A stretch of 64,000 bases of DNA from Mobula hypostoma. Its lineage: Eukaryota. A model generated the notes under the pieces. The model was not told the origin of the DNA. It did not search any database and saw only the letters and a program-made list of their open reading frames with translations. The stretch covers positions 38,318,001 to 38,382,000 of the forward strand of contig NC_086108.1 in assembly GCF_963921235.1 (NCBI RefSeq). The letters run 5' to 3'. The translations under genes and the position numbers were made by a program. Of this stretch, positions 1 to 11,559 are shown in pieces. Numbering within the stretch: the stretch's first letter is position 1; each line of letters starts with the position of its first letter.

Positions 1-375
1 TTTCAAACTTAATCTCAAACCCTCTCACAAACAAAAATGCAGCAAGACAGTCTCCTAAATGAGTATGCACACAACCCTCTGGCATCCTAAACAGTAAGTA
101 ACAAGCTTTCACAACTGGTGGTCTTGCCTCAAACTACCCAAGACTGTCTGACAGCTGTTTTTTTACACAAACACACATGCACACACACCAGATTTGTGTA
201 TTTACCAGTTCAGCTCTCCACCGTGTTCTTTGATAATTTGTGATCCTGTGACCGTTGACCTGAACAGATCCAAGCATGAGTGCTATTTTTTTAAAATGCT
301 GCTCACTTATTACAGAAAAGGTACCAGCATTGATAGAGCATTGCCTCCTGCAAATCAGCCAAAGACTGGAAATAA

Positions 376-1185
376 CCAACACTCACAACACGCTGGAGGA
401 ACTCAGCAGGTCGGGCAGCATCCGTGGAAACGATCAGTCAACGTTTCGGGCTGGAACCCTTTGTCAGGACTGAAGAGGGAAGGGGCAGAGGCCCCATAAA
501 GAAGGTGGGGGGGAGGGTGGGAAGGAAAAAGCTGGTAGGTTCCAGGTGAACAACCAGTAAGGGGAAAGATAAAGGGGTGGGGGAGGGGAAGCAGGGAGGT
601 GATAGGCAGGAAAGGTGAAGAAGGAATACAGGAAAACACAATGGGTAGTCGAAGGAGGCAGAACCATGAGGGAGGTGATATGTCCATACATGGCCTCCTC
701 TACTGCCATGATGAAGCTAAACTCAGGTCGGAGGAGCAACACCTCATGTACCGTCTAGGTAGTCTCCAGCCCCTTGGTATGAACATTGAATTCTCCAACT
801 TCTGGTAATTCCCTCCCCCTCCCTTCCCCCCTCTCTATTTCACTCTGCCCCCTCCTCCAGCTGTCTATCACCTCCCTCATGTTCCCGCCTCCTTCTACTA
901 CCCATTGTGTTCTCCCCTATTCCTTCTTCACCTTTCCTGCCTATCACCTCCCTGCTTCCCCTCCCCCACCCCTTTATCTTTCCCCTTACTGGTTTTTCAC
1001 CTGGAACCTACCCTCCTCCCACCTTCCTTATAGGGCCTCTGCCCCTTCCCTCTTCAGTCCTGACGAAGAGTTCCAGCCCGAAACGTTGACTGATCGTTTC
1101 CACAGATGCTGCCCGACCTGCTGAGTTCCTCCAGCGTGTTGTGAGTGTTTCTTTGACCCCAGCATCTGCAGAGTATTCTGTGTTT
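376..1185 (+). mobile_element. Penelope-like element 3' fragment (GIY-YIG C-terminus plus pseudo-LTR) with an inverted copy of its 3' end at the 5' side
   Basis: ~678-808 encodes MSIHGLLYCHDEAKLRSEEQHLMYRLGSLQPLGMNIEF, a PLE GIY-YIG C-terminus; ~378-680 is the reverse complement of ~866-1149; flanked by imperfect 15-bp TSD aaagactggaaataa (361-375) / aaagtgtggaaataa (1186-1200). Confidence 0.85.
1055..1092 (+). ncRNA. Minimal type I hammerhead ribozyme motif in the PLE pseudo-LTR; degenerate mirror copy at 435-472 on the minus strand
   Basis: cagtc-CTGACGA-agag-ttccag-ccc-GAAAC-GTT-gactg: stem I cagtc/gactg, core CUGANGA and GAAA, palindromic ACGU stem III; stem II has a mismatch; the mirror copy reads CUGACAA. 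Confidence 0.7.
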
Positions 1186-1244
1186 AAAGTGTGGAAATAA
1201 AAGGATCCTTTTCTGGGTGGCTGCTGGTGTTTCCTTTTTATGTT

Positions 1245-2175
1245 GTATGTCAGTAATTTGGATGACAGAATTAATGACTTTGTGGCCATGTTTGGAATGA
1301 CATGAGGACAGGTGGGGGAGCAAGGAGTGTTGAGAAAGCAGGGAGGCTGCAGAAGGACTTAGATTAGGAGAATGGGCAAAGAAGTGGCTGATGAAATAGT
1401 GTTGGGAAATGTATGGATATGCACTTTGGTAGAAGGACTAAAAGCATAACTATTTTCTAAAGGGAGAGAAAATTCAAAAATTCAAAGTGCAATGAGACTT
1501 GGGAATCCTTGTGTAGGATTCCCTAAAGCTTAATTTGCAGGTTGAGTCAGTAGTGGGGAAGGCAAAAGCAATGTTGGCATTTATTTTGAGAGGACCAGAA
1601 AAAAAAGCAAGGATATAATGCTGAGGCTTTATAAGGCACTGGTGAAGCTCCACGGAGTATTATTAGCGGCTTTGGGCCCTCATCTATGAAACAATATGCT
1701 GATATTGGAGAAGTTTCAGAGGAGGTTCACAAGAATGAATCTGGGAATGAAAGGGTTAAGCATGAGGAGGATTTCATGGCCTGTATCACTGGAATTTAGA
1801 AGAATGAGGGGAGATCTCATTGAAACTTATCAAATGTCGAAAGGCCCAGATAGAGTAGATGTGGAGAGGATGTTACCTATAGTGGGGCAGTCTAGAACTG
1901 GATCACAGCCTCAGAATGGAGGGTTGACCATTTAAAATGGAGATGATGAGGTAATTCTTTAGCCAGAGGGTGGTGAATGTGTTAAATTTGTTGCCTCAGG
2001 CTGTTGTGGAGGCCAAGTCACTGGGTATAATTAAGGTGGAGGTTGACAGGTTCTTGATTAGTCGGAGTATGAAAAGTTATGAGGAGAAAGCAGGAGAATG
2101 GGGTTGAGAGGGAAAGTGGATCAGCCATGATGAAATGGTGGAAACCTAATTCTGCTCCTATGTCTTAAGGTATTA
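1245..2175 (+). mobile_element. CR1-type LINE 3' fragment (degenerate RT C-terminus and 3' UTR)
   Basis: LEKFQRRFTRM...EFRRMRGDLIETY (1696-1935), typical CR1 ORF2 C-terminus; ends ctaattctgctcctatgtc. Confidence 0.85.
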
Positions 2176-2599
2176 TATTTTGAAAATTTCATTCCTATTC
2201 CCCTGTAACTTTTGAAATACCAAATATATTTAGGCACACAGCTACAGATGCGTAACTAGAAATCTCAGCATCTCAGAGTTTTATTATCTTCCGTTATCAT
2301 GGGAAACATTAATGATCTGTAAACACAGGTACCCAAATCATTTTGGATTTCTATGCTTTGAGTTCTTTGCTATTTAGAAAATATTCCCTGCTGTGCTTTT
2401 AATGCCCAAAGTGGATAATTCCATTTGCCTATGTTGAAAACCATTTTGCCCAGTCACAGATCTGATTAATAATTGGTAATTTAATTTTTCCATTTATACT
2501 GCTTTCAGCAATTTTGCCTGCTTATAAATGGAAAACTTTTATTCCTGTTTTTCTATCTTTTCATTCAACTTGTTCACCATTAAAATTTAAACAAAACAA

Positions 2600-4560
2600 C
2601 GGGAGAAGTAGGACAAGAGCTAATAAGGATGCGGGTGAGGAGGTGTTGATAGGCATAAGGAGTCAGCTGGGGGGAAGAGAAAAGTGGAGGTAGTGACAGA
2701 ATTTGGGAGGTGAGTGGTGGAAACAAAAGGCTGCAGATGATGGAATCTGATAAACGAACCTGAAGAATGGAGCCAAGGGTGAGATAATGGACAAATTGGG
2801 ACAGTGGGGGAGGTGGAGATAGGGAGCCCTCAGGTGTGAGTGTGTGGGTAGGTGGAGTAGGTGAGGCTTGGAAAGGAGGAGGCTGGTAAGAGGACCTGGA
2901 TGGTTTGAAATGAGAGAGAAAGGGACAGAGGGGAAGAGTTTACCTGAAATTGTAGACTTCAACGCATCTGCCTTTGGTTTGTAGACTATGAGGTACTGTT
3001 CCCAGTGGCCACACATTTTAATTCCACATGCCATTCCCATTCTGATGTCTATCCACAACCTCCTCTACTGTCAAGATGAAGCCACACTCAAGTTGGAAGA
3101 ACAACACCTTATATTCCGTTTGGGTAGCCTCCAACCTGATGGCATGAACATTGACTTCTCTAACTTCTGTTAATGCCCCACCTCCCACTCGTACCCCATC
3201 CGTTATTTATTTATATACACACATTCTTTTTCTCTCTCTCCTTTTTCTCCCTCTGTCCCTCTCACTATACCCCTTGCCCATGCTCTGGGTTCCCCCCCAC
3301 TTTCTTTCTCCCTAGGCCTCCCATCCCATGATCCTCTCATATCCCTTTTGCCAATCACCTGTCCAGTTCTTGGCTCCATCCCTCCCCCTCCTGTCTTCTC
3401 CTATCATTTTGGATCCCCCTCTCCCCCTCCCACTTTCAAATCTCTTACTAGCTCTTCTTTCAGTTAGTCCTGACGGAGGGTCTCAGCCCAAAACATCGAC
3501 TGTACCTCTTCCTATAGATGTTGCCTGGCCTGCTGCGTTCACCAGCAACTTTTATGTGTGTTGCTTGAATTTCCAGCATCTGCAGATTTCTTTGTGTTTT
3601 GAGGTACTGTTCCTCTAGTTTTCATCTGGACTCACTCTGTCAGGGGAGAAAGCAGAGGGTGGACAAGTTGATGCGGGAATAGGAAGGGGAATTAAAATGG
3701 CTGGCAATCAGGAGCTCCAGGAACTCTTAAAGGCAGAGCAGAAGCGTGAGGCAAAGTACTGGGATAGAAAGCACCCAGTCTGATTAATGAAGTGGAGGCC
3801 AACTTGTGAGCACCAAATGCAGTGGCCGAGTTTGGAGGAGATGCACATGAATATTTGCCTCACCTTTGAGGATTCTTTAGGACTGAGTGGAGGTGAGCAA
3901 GGAACAAGTGTTTCAAGGGAAAGTGCCTGGGAAGAGGAAGGGATGGGTGGGGAGGAATGAGTGAACCAGGAAGTCATGAAGAGATTGTTTCCCACAGAAT
4001 ACAGAAAGGGGAAGATTTGGCCAGTGGTGGAATCACGTTGTAGCTAAATGAATGATGTGCTGGATATGGAGGCTTGTGAGTTTAACAGTAAGTAGCTAGG
4101 GAACTCTTCCCCTGTTCTGTCTGGGTTGTGGGAATGTGGGGAAGAGAGCAGAAGTACAGAATATGGAGAGGATACAGGTGAGAGCTCCATCAACCACTCT
4201 GGGGATAAAGCTGTGTTTTCTGAAAATTAAGGACATCTCAGATATCTTAGAGTGGAAAACTTCATTTCATGAATAGATACAGTGGAGATGGAGAAACAGA
4301 GAAAGGGAAAGCATCCTTACAGGAGATATAGTGGAGGAGACATAGGGGATGTACCTGGATAGGTGTGCAGGCCAGTAGGAGAGAAAGAGAAATCAAAAAA
4401 GATGTGTCAAAATTAGCCAATGTGAATTTGAAGTCAGGGTAGAAGTTAGTAACGAAATTGATAAAAATTGATGAATTCCATGCGGCTGCAGGAAAAAAGC
4501 ACCAATCAGTTCAGTAATTCAGTAAGTTGTATGGCTTCTGAAGTAGATGAGAGAGATGGT
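2600..4560 (-). mobile_element. Old Penelope-like element remnant, interrupted at 3003-3599
   Basis: Minus-strand QIFMCISSKLGHCIWCSQVGLHFI (3708-3995) resembles the PLE GIY-YIG region; purine-rich pseudo-LTR on the + strand at 2600-2940. Confidence 0.65.
3003..3599 (+). mobile_element. Younger PLE 3' fragment inserted into an older PLE
   Basis: Perfect 14-bp TSD tgaggtactgttcc at 2989-3002 and 3600-3613; encodes LLYCQDEATLKLEEQHLIFRLGSLQPDGMNIDF; degenerate hammerhead at ~3466-3502. Confidence 0.85.
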
Positions 4561-5563
4561 CTGAGAACTATTCAATGCATCTTGCACTTTATTGTTTATG
4601 CACTACACTTTCTCTGCAGCTTTTACTTTTATTCTGCATTGTTACTGTTTTATCTTGTTCTACCTCAATGCACTGTATAACAATTTGATCAGCATGAACA
4701 GTATGAAAGTCAAACTTTTCATTGTTTGTGTGCATGTAACAATAATAAAACAATACCAATTCATATTTGTTCTGAAAATGTCCAACAAGTGTATTTTTGA
4801 TCAACATAAATTAATATTCCAACTAATGTTCCATTCGACCATTGCACGGAGCATTACGGCCTTTCAATCAGAGTCCAATGTAATGCATCATCTTGGTTGC
4901 AAGAATGATTAACCACCAAAAGTATTTGCTCAGATTTCTGGAGTAATAAAATTCTACCTGGTAATCACTGTGATGATGTTCTGCACTGGGAAGCAATATA
5001 TCTTCATATATGCTTAAATAAATTACCCAGATACAGATTTCTAGTTAATTTTGTTAACCTTTCTAACATTCTTTTTCAATACCTGGCATCTTTTGCCATC
5101 TATTGTTCTTTCTCCTTGCCAACAGAATTTGCACATGTTTCACATAAACATTTTGTATTCTCACTTTGAGCTCTATGTTGCCCCTTGATCATTCACATCT
5201 ATTTTCTTACCTATTAAATTATTAAATATCTGTCTATCATAAGTTCTCTTTTGTATACCTTTATTGATCATCAATAAATATATCCATTAAGAAATTAGCT
5301 AAATTTGCCAAGTACATTTCCCACCTAATCACAAAAGTACACCTTCCATGCACCTTTAATATCTTAGCTATTTAATATTTGGATTTCTCTTTTCATTACC
5401 ACTTCAAGATTAGTCCTATAAACTAATGGAAATTTACAAGAAATAGCAAAACTCTCTATGGCATAAGTGCACGTGTATCAAAGAGTCTTGCATGACCACA
5501 GATGATGTCAATGGATTCCACTGAAGCCATTAAGTCCATCAATTAAATCCAATCTTGCTGATA

Positions 5564-6802
5564 TCTAGCTATATACTACTAAAATTCTCACACTCTGTTT
5601 GTCTGTTTGTGACCTCCAATTAGCCCAAACGGTGCATTACAGCGGCACTTTTTTTTGACTAAATCAACTAAAAATGTACTAACTTACAGAATGCAGGCAA
5701 AGTTCAGGGTTATATATTCGAATAAAATTGCTCATTCCCAAAAATCAACAGGCTGTCTTTCACCTGAGAGCCCATCCGCCGTCATGGAAATCGGGACGCA
5801 ACAGCCCGACACATGCACACGGCCAGCCTCAGCAACGACACCTACCGGAGCAAAAGGACAGGGCAGATCTATTTCCAGGGGTCACATTCTGCTAATCACT
5901 ATCAGCATGTACAGGATTGGGACAGATCTAACTGTCACCCGTCAATAAGAAATAATTAAATCTTATTGTAATGACATACTTCGAGACACCCATAAAACCC
6001 TTTGCTACAATCAAAGGACAGCTGTGACTATATCACATCCATTTAGGAGAGTGCCAACCACACCATCAAGAATAATCAGCATCCTTTGGTGTTCCTGCTT
6101 CAAATTTTCTATCCAGCATTAGGGTAAAAAAAAATCGTCAGCCTAATTATGCCGCGTGGAAAGGGAAGGGGGATATTATCATCAAGGGATGACGCCAAAC
6201 ATCATCGGGAAGCAGCAAGGAGAGGGAGAGAACAAGAATCGGATGAAGCCAGGGCTGCATGACTCCAGGATCAAAGAGTCAGGACAAAAAAAAGATGAGA
6301 GAAGAAGAGACAGAGGAGGAGAGGCATGCATGTCTCCAGGATCAGAGACAAACAACAAACAGCGCAAGAGATGAAGAGACAGGGGGATGAAAGGGCTGCA
6401 CGTCTCCAGAATGACAAAAACAGGCACAGGAGGAGGAAAGAGGAAGAGACAAAGGAGCAGCGAAATGCACTTCTCCATAATCAGAGACAAAGAACAAACA
6501 GCAGAAGAGATGAAGAGAAGGGGTATGAAAGGACTGCATGTCTCCAGAATGACAACGTGAGGCACAAGGATGGCAGATAAACCAGAAATGATGCCATCAC
6601 AAGTGTCATTCGTTAAACGAGGAGGAGCTATATTTGCTTTGCTACGTGTCATTCTTCTTTAATAAACTGAGGTTTACTACTTCGGTTTCCAAAGCAAAGC
6701 GATACCAATGGCATTCAGGAACATTTAATGTTCATTCTGGTCACATCAGACTGCACTACCCTTCTCTCAAAGGGTGCCCCAACGGGTCACCCCGTTGTCC
6801 AG
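5564..6802 (+). mobile_element. Non-autonomous Helitron, copy 1
   Basis: Starts A|TCTAGCTATATACTACT; 3' hairpin caacggg-tcac-cccgttg (6780-6797) then CCAG (CTAG variant); internal E/R-rich ERAARLQ repeats like RepHel N-termini. Confidence 0.85.
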
Positions 6803-7572
6803 TATTCATATAAAATTGCTAACTCGTCAATCAACAGGCCCCACTTTCCACAACCCGAGCCGATTCCAGCTTTAACGGAAACCGTGATACGACACCATGA
6901 CACATGCGCATGACTAGTCTCAGCAGCGCCTCACGATGCTCATAGCAGGGACACCAACCGCAGCAAAAGGCCAGGGCAGCTCGATTTCAAGCAGTCACAT
7001 TCTACTAATCACCATCGGCATGTGCAGGATTGGGACAGATCAAACTGCGACCCATCAATAAGAGATAATTAAATCGTATTGTAATGAAGTACTTCGAAAC
7101 ACCCATCAAACCCTTTGCTGCAGTCAAAGGACAGCGGTGACTATATCACATCCATTTAGGAGAGCGCCAACCGCACCATCAAGAGAAATCAGCATTATGG
7201 AGGCTTTGGTGTTACTGCTTCGTACCTTCTATCCAGCATTAAAGTAAAAAAAATATGGTCAGCCTAATTATGCTGCATGGAAAGACAGAGGGACATTATG
7301 GTCAAGAGATTATGCCAAACGTTGTCGGGAAGCAGCAAGGAGAGGGAGAGAACAAGAATCGGATGAGGCCAGGGCCTCACGACTCCAGAATCAAAGAGTC
7401 AAGACAAAAAAGATTAGAGAAGAAGAATCAGAGGAGGAGAGGCATGCACGTCTCCAAAATGACAACAATAGGCACAGAAGGAGGAGAGAACAGGAACTGG
7501 ATCAGGCCAGGGCCGCAAAACTCCAATATCAGAGAGAAAGAACAAATGGTAGAAGAGATGAAGAGATGAAGG

Positions 7573-8335
7573 ATGAAAGGGCTGCACGTCTCCAGAATGA
7601 CAACAACTGCCAACGAAGTGGCTGTCATTATACCAAACAGCACCGAACCTGAAGCAAGATCACGGCATCCCCTCATCTCAATGAGGGACTTGGATCCGCC
7701 AAGGCTTTGCAATGGAATGCAAATGATGGTGGGAGAACTGCAGAACGATCTCATCGTAGCAAAGATAAACATTGGTGCATTCAAAAATGGCATTGTCATG
7801 ATCCCAAGAATTACTCTCAGTTTATCAAAAGGCAAAGATGTCGGCTGGTGGCGCAGTAACATTAGCGCTGGACTCCGGAATGGAGGTTCCCGGGTTCGAA
7901 TCCAGTCAGGCCGATCGTCAGGTACGTTTTCCATCCGTGCCGGGTTGAATGTTGAGCTCGCAACTCAACCTCATTAAATAAATACAGTACTGCGAAATAT
8001 CTCTGTGAGGAGTGGCACCCCACACAGTCTCTCGTTCTGCGCCTTGTAAGGCATGAAAATGCCCGACGTTGGCCACTCAGGCCTGAGTTGATGTCATCAT
8101 CATCGAAGATGTCCCTCTTCAGTGGAGCCAGTTCCCGATACAGTCATGCTTTGCTATGACTATACATAAGGCACAAACCATGGAGAAGGTGTTGATCTAT
8201 CTGGAGAAACCGCTATTCCAGCATGGTCAGCTGTATCTGGCTTTAAGCCGGGGAAAAAGAAATGAAAACGTTAGAGTATTCTTGAAAGGTGGCAGATCAA
8301 CCAGAAATGTTGTCATCAAACGTGTCCTTTGTTAA
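7573..8335 (+). pseudogene. Helitron RepHel helicase C-terminal remnant, split by a SINE
   Basis: Removing the SINE (7843-8105) and one TSD copy joins ...SKGKDV to PLQWSQFPIQSCFAMTIHKAQTMEKVLIYLEKPLFQHGQLYLALSRG...RNVVIKRVLC* in frame. Confidence 0.85.
7843..8105 (+). mobile_element. tRNA-derived SINE
   Basis: A box tggcgcagtaa; B box GGTTCGAATCC (7893-7903); (cat)n tail; 8-bp TSD aagatgtc at 7835-7842 and 8106-8113. Confidence 0.85.
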
Positions 8336-8867
8336 AAGAAGAGGAGCTATATTTGTCTTGCTACGCGTCTTTCTTCTTTAATAAACTGAGCTTTTCTTCT
8401 TTAACTTCCAAAGCAAATTGATAGCAATAGCATTCAGGGAAATTTAATGTTCATTCTGGTCACAGCAGACTGCACTACCTTTCTCTCAAAGGGCGTCCCA
8501 ACGGGTCACCCCGTTGTCTAGTTGTCACCAAAAATAAAATAAAATAGCTGAAATAACTGAGCCCAGAACACACACACACTTACAACTCAAATATTCCTTT
8601 TATTTTACTTGTGCACAAGGAGAACTGCATGGACCCCTGTAACCCACACCATACTGTAGTCTGACAGAAAACTTATTTTTATTATACAGAATTGGCTTAT
8701 CAGTTATGGACATTGATCACTGTAAATTGTATATGTTTCAATTTCACACTCGCAATTATTAATCACCATTCACAATAGAGGTGTTATAAGTCAATTCAAA
8801 CTTATAGGAGATAGCCGATGATACTTTGAAATTAGTAAAGACAATAAAGCCTTGGTTGCTAAGTGTT

Positions 8868-9280
8868 ATCAGAATCAGGTTTATTATCACCGGCATGTGA
8901 TGTGACCGGCAGTTCAATGGAATACATAATAAAAAAGAAGAAAAAAAAATAAAAATAATAATAGTAAATAAATAAATTACAGTATACACATGTTGAATAG
9001 ATTAAAAAAACATGCAAAAACATGCAAACAGAAATACTGTATATTAAAGAAGTGAGGTAGCATCCAAGGGTTCAATATCCATTTAGGAATCAGGTGGCAG
9101 AGGGGAAGAAGCTGTTCCTGAATCGCTGAATGTGTGCCTTCAGGCTTCTGTACCTCCTCCCTGATTGTAACAGTGAGAAAAGTTCATGCCCTGGGTGCTG
9201 AAGGTCCTTAATAATAGACACTGTCCTTCTGAGACACCGCTCCCTGAAGACAGCCTGGGTACTTCGTAGGCTAGTACCCA
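8868..9280 (-). mobile_element. Rex1/Babar-like LINE 3' fragment
   Basis: Minus-strand IIKDLQHPGHELFSLLQSGRRYRSLKAHIQRFRNSFFPSA; (ttctga)n-type tail. Confidence 0.8.
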
Positions 9281-9499
9281 CATTAGAAGCTCTTCGACAA
9301 ACGCAAAGACTTGCTAAACTCCTATTCACATAGTGTGTTGAAATAACTATCAAGTTTGGATTTGAAAGTCTCTAAGGTACTACTCTCAACTACACAACAA
9401 AGTAGTTTGTTCCATATGTCCACAACTTGCTGTGTAAAGAAATGCTTCCAAATGTTAGTCTGAAATCTCCCCTTTGATCCATTTAGGAATCCAGTAAGG

Positions 9500-9890
9500 T
9501 ACCAAACTTATTAGAGTTCAATCACTTTGTGCACAACTGTTGGAGCTCAATTAATGGGGTCCTCATTCCACCATGCGATCCCCTCCGACCCCTCGACTCG
9601 CCGCTGGGGACCAACCACGGCGGTCGACCAGAGCGTGTCCAGCAAGTCCTTCCTCTTTGGTTCTCCTCCCAAAAAGCCCGCCAAACCACACGGTTCTCAC
9701 CCATATGAGACAGAATATCACCCACAAAAAGAATAACATGGTTCGTTCTCTCTCTTATCAATAATATAACCCAAACAAGCAGAGAACTCCTTACATCACA
9801 GTTATTACAGAAAAGCCATTTTTATTATAACATAACAAAAAACCCGTTTTTTTAGCCGTAGCAGTAACATAAAAGAAGAAACCCCTTACA
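9500..9890 (-). mobile_element. Probable LTR fragment
   Basis: Minus strand begins TGTAAGGGG at 9890, abutting a Helitron 3' end; the other terminus was not recognised. Confidence 0.4.
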
Positions 9891-11094
9891 CTTCTCTCAA
9901 AGAGTGCCCCAATAGGCCACCCCATTTTCTAGTATACTACTAAAACTCTCCTGCTCTGTTTGTCTGCTTGTGACCTCCAATTAACGCAAACGGTGCATTA
10001 CAGCGGCAGTATTTTTGGATAAATTGACTTAAAATGCGCTAACTTACAGAATGCAGGCAAAGTTCAGGGTTATATATTAGCATAAAATTGCTCACTCACC
10101 AAAATCAACAGCCCCGCTTTCACCCAAGAGCCGATGTCAGCCATGATGGGAACAGCGACGCGACACCAAGATGCATGCGCACGGCCAGACTCAGAAGTGA
10201 CTCAAGCAACACCAACTGGAGCAAAAGGGCAGGGCAGCTCAATTTCGAGCAGTCACATTCTGCTAATCACCATCAGCATGTGCAGGATTGGGACAGAACA
10301 AACCGCCATCCAACAATAAGAGAAAATTAAATTTTATTGCAACGACGTACTCCAAGGCACCCATCAAACCCTTTGCTGCAGTCAAAGGACGGTGGTGACT
10401 ATATCACATCCATTTAGGAGAACGCCAACCACATCATCAAGAATAATCAGCATCCTGGAGGCCTTGGTGTTACTGCTTTGTATCTTCGATCCAGCATTAG
10501 GGTAAAAAAAAATATGGTCACCCTGATTATGCCACATGGAAAGAGAAGGAGGACATTATGGTCAAGAGATGATGCCAAATGTCGTCAGGAAGCGGCAAGG
10601 AGAGGAAGAGAACAAAATCGGATGAGACCAGGGCCGCATGACTCCAGGATCAAAGAGTTAGGACAAAAAAGATGAGAGAAGACGAGACAGAGGAGGAGAG
10701 GCATGCACGTCTCCAGAATGTCAAAAATTGGCACAGAAGGAGGAGAGAGGAAGAGATAAAGGAGCAGCGAGATGCACGTCTCCAGGATCAGAGACAAAGG
10801 ATAAAGAGCAAAAGGGATGAAGAGACGGCGGATGAAAGGACTGCACGTCTCCAGAATGACAACAAGAGGCACAAGGGTGGCAGATCAACCAGAAATGATG
10901 CCATCAAAAGCGTCTTTCGTTAAACGAGGAGGAGCTATATTTGTTCTTTTTTAATAAACTGAAGTTTTCTTCATCAATTTCCAAAGCAAAGCGATACCAA
11001 TAGCATTCAGGAAGATTTAATGTTCATTCTGGTCACATCAGACTGCACTAACCTTCTCTCAAAAGGTGGCCCAAAAGGTCATCCCATTGTCCAG
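9891..11094 (+). mobile_element. Second Helitron tandem: 3'-end remnant (9891-9932) joined head-to-tail to a full non-autonomous copy (9933-11094)
   Basis: Junction ...cattttCTAG|tatactactaaaa; body aligns by eye with copy 1; ends with a degenerate hairpin and CCAG|T. Confidence 0.85.
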
Positions 11095-11099
11095 TATCT

Positions 11100-11470
11100 A
11101 ATATTTCTACTTGCTATACATTTACTTACATTACGTTTCATCTGCCACTTATCTGCCCACATCTGGATTTTGTTTAGATCTAACTGTATTGATTCTGCCC
11201 CCTGAATGTTTTCAGCCCATCCCCCTAATTTTGTGTCATCAGCAAACTTTACTATTTTATATGTTATATGCTTATCCAAATCATTAAATTAGAAACAGCA
11301 GTGGCCCCCAAAATGATCCCTGTAGAACCCCACTTTAACATCCTCTAGGTGTGAAAATGACCTTCTCACTATAAACCCGTTTTCTGTTTTTGAGCCAATT
11401 CTGCACCCATTCTCACATCTTACCCTGAATCCCTACCTCCTGTAATTTGGGTGATTGCCTGATACATTGG
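11100..11470 (-). mobile_element. CR1 LINE RT fragment
   Basis: KFADDTKLGG...IQLDLNKIQMWADKWQMKRNVSKC. Confidence 0.8.
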
Positions 11471-11559
11471 ATTCTATTATGTACATAAACGTTGAATTGC
11501 CTTGTTTCATTTAAAACATAACTGAGTACAGTTAAATAACTTGATATCTTGCAGAGTGT

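Larger units (their letters stand above)
6803..8521 (+). mobile_element. Non-autonomous Helitron, copy 2 (head-to-tail, 5'-truncated) retaining the Pif1-like helicase C-terminus
   Basis: Ends with hairpin caacgggtcaccccgttg, then CTAG|T (8518-8522); encodes MRDLDPPRLCNG...IPRITL and QFPIQSCFAMTIHKAQ...HGQLYLALSR, Helitron helicase motifs. Confidence 0.9.

Noticed and set aside
6156..6620. Trichohyalin-like E/R-rich host exons (also ~7255-7600 and ~10560-10920)
   Set aside because: Lie inside Helitron termini, are frameshifted between copies and fit RepHel N-terminal repeats
7843..7915. tRNA gene
   Set aside because: Cloverleaf stems do not pair well; continues into a SINE body with tail and TSD
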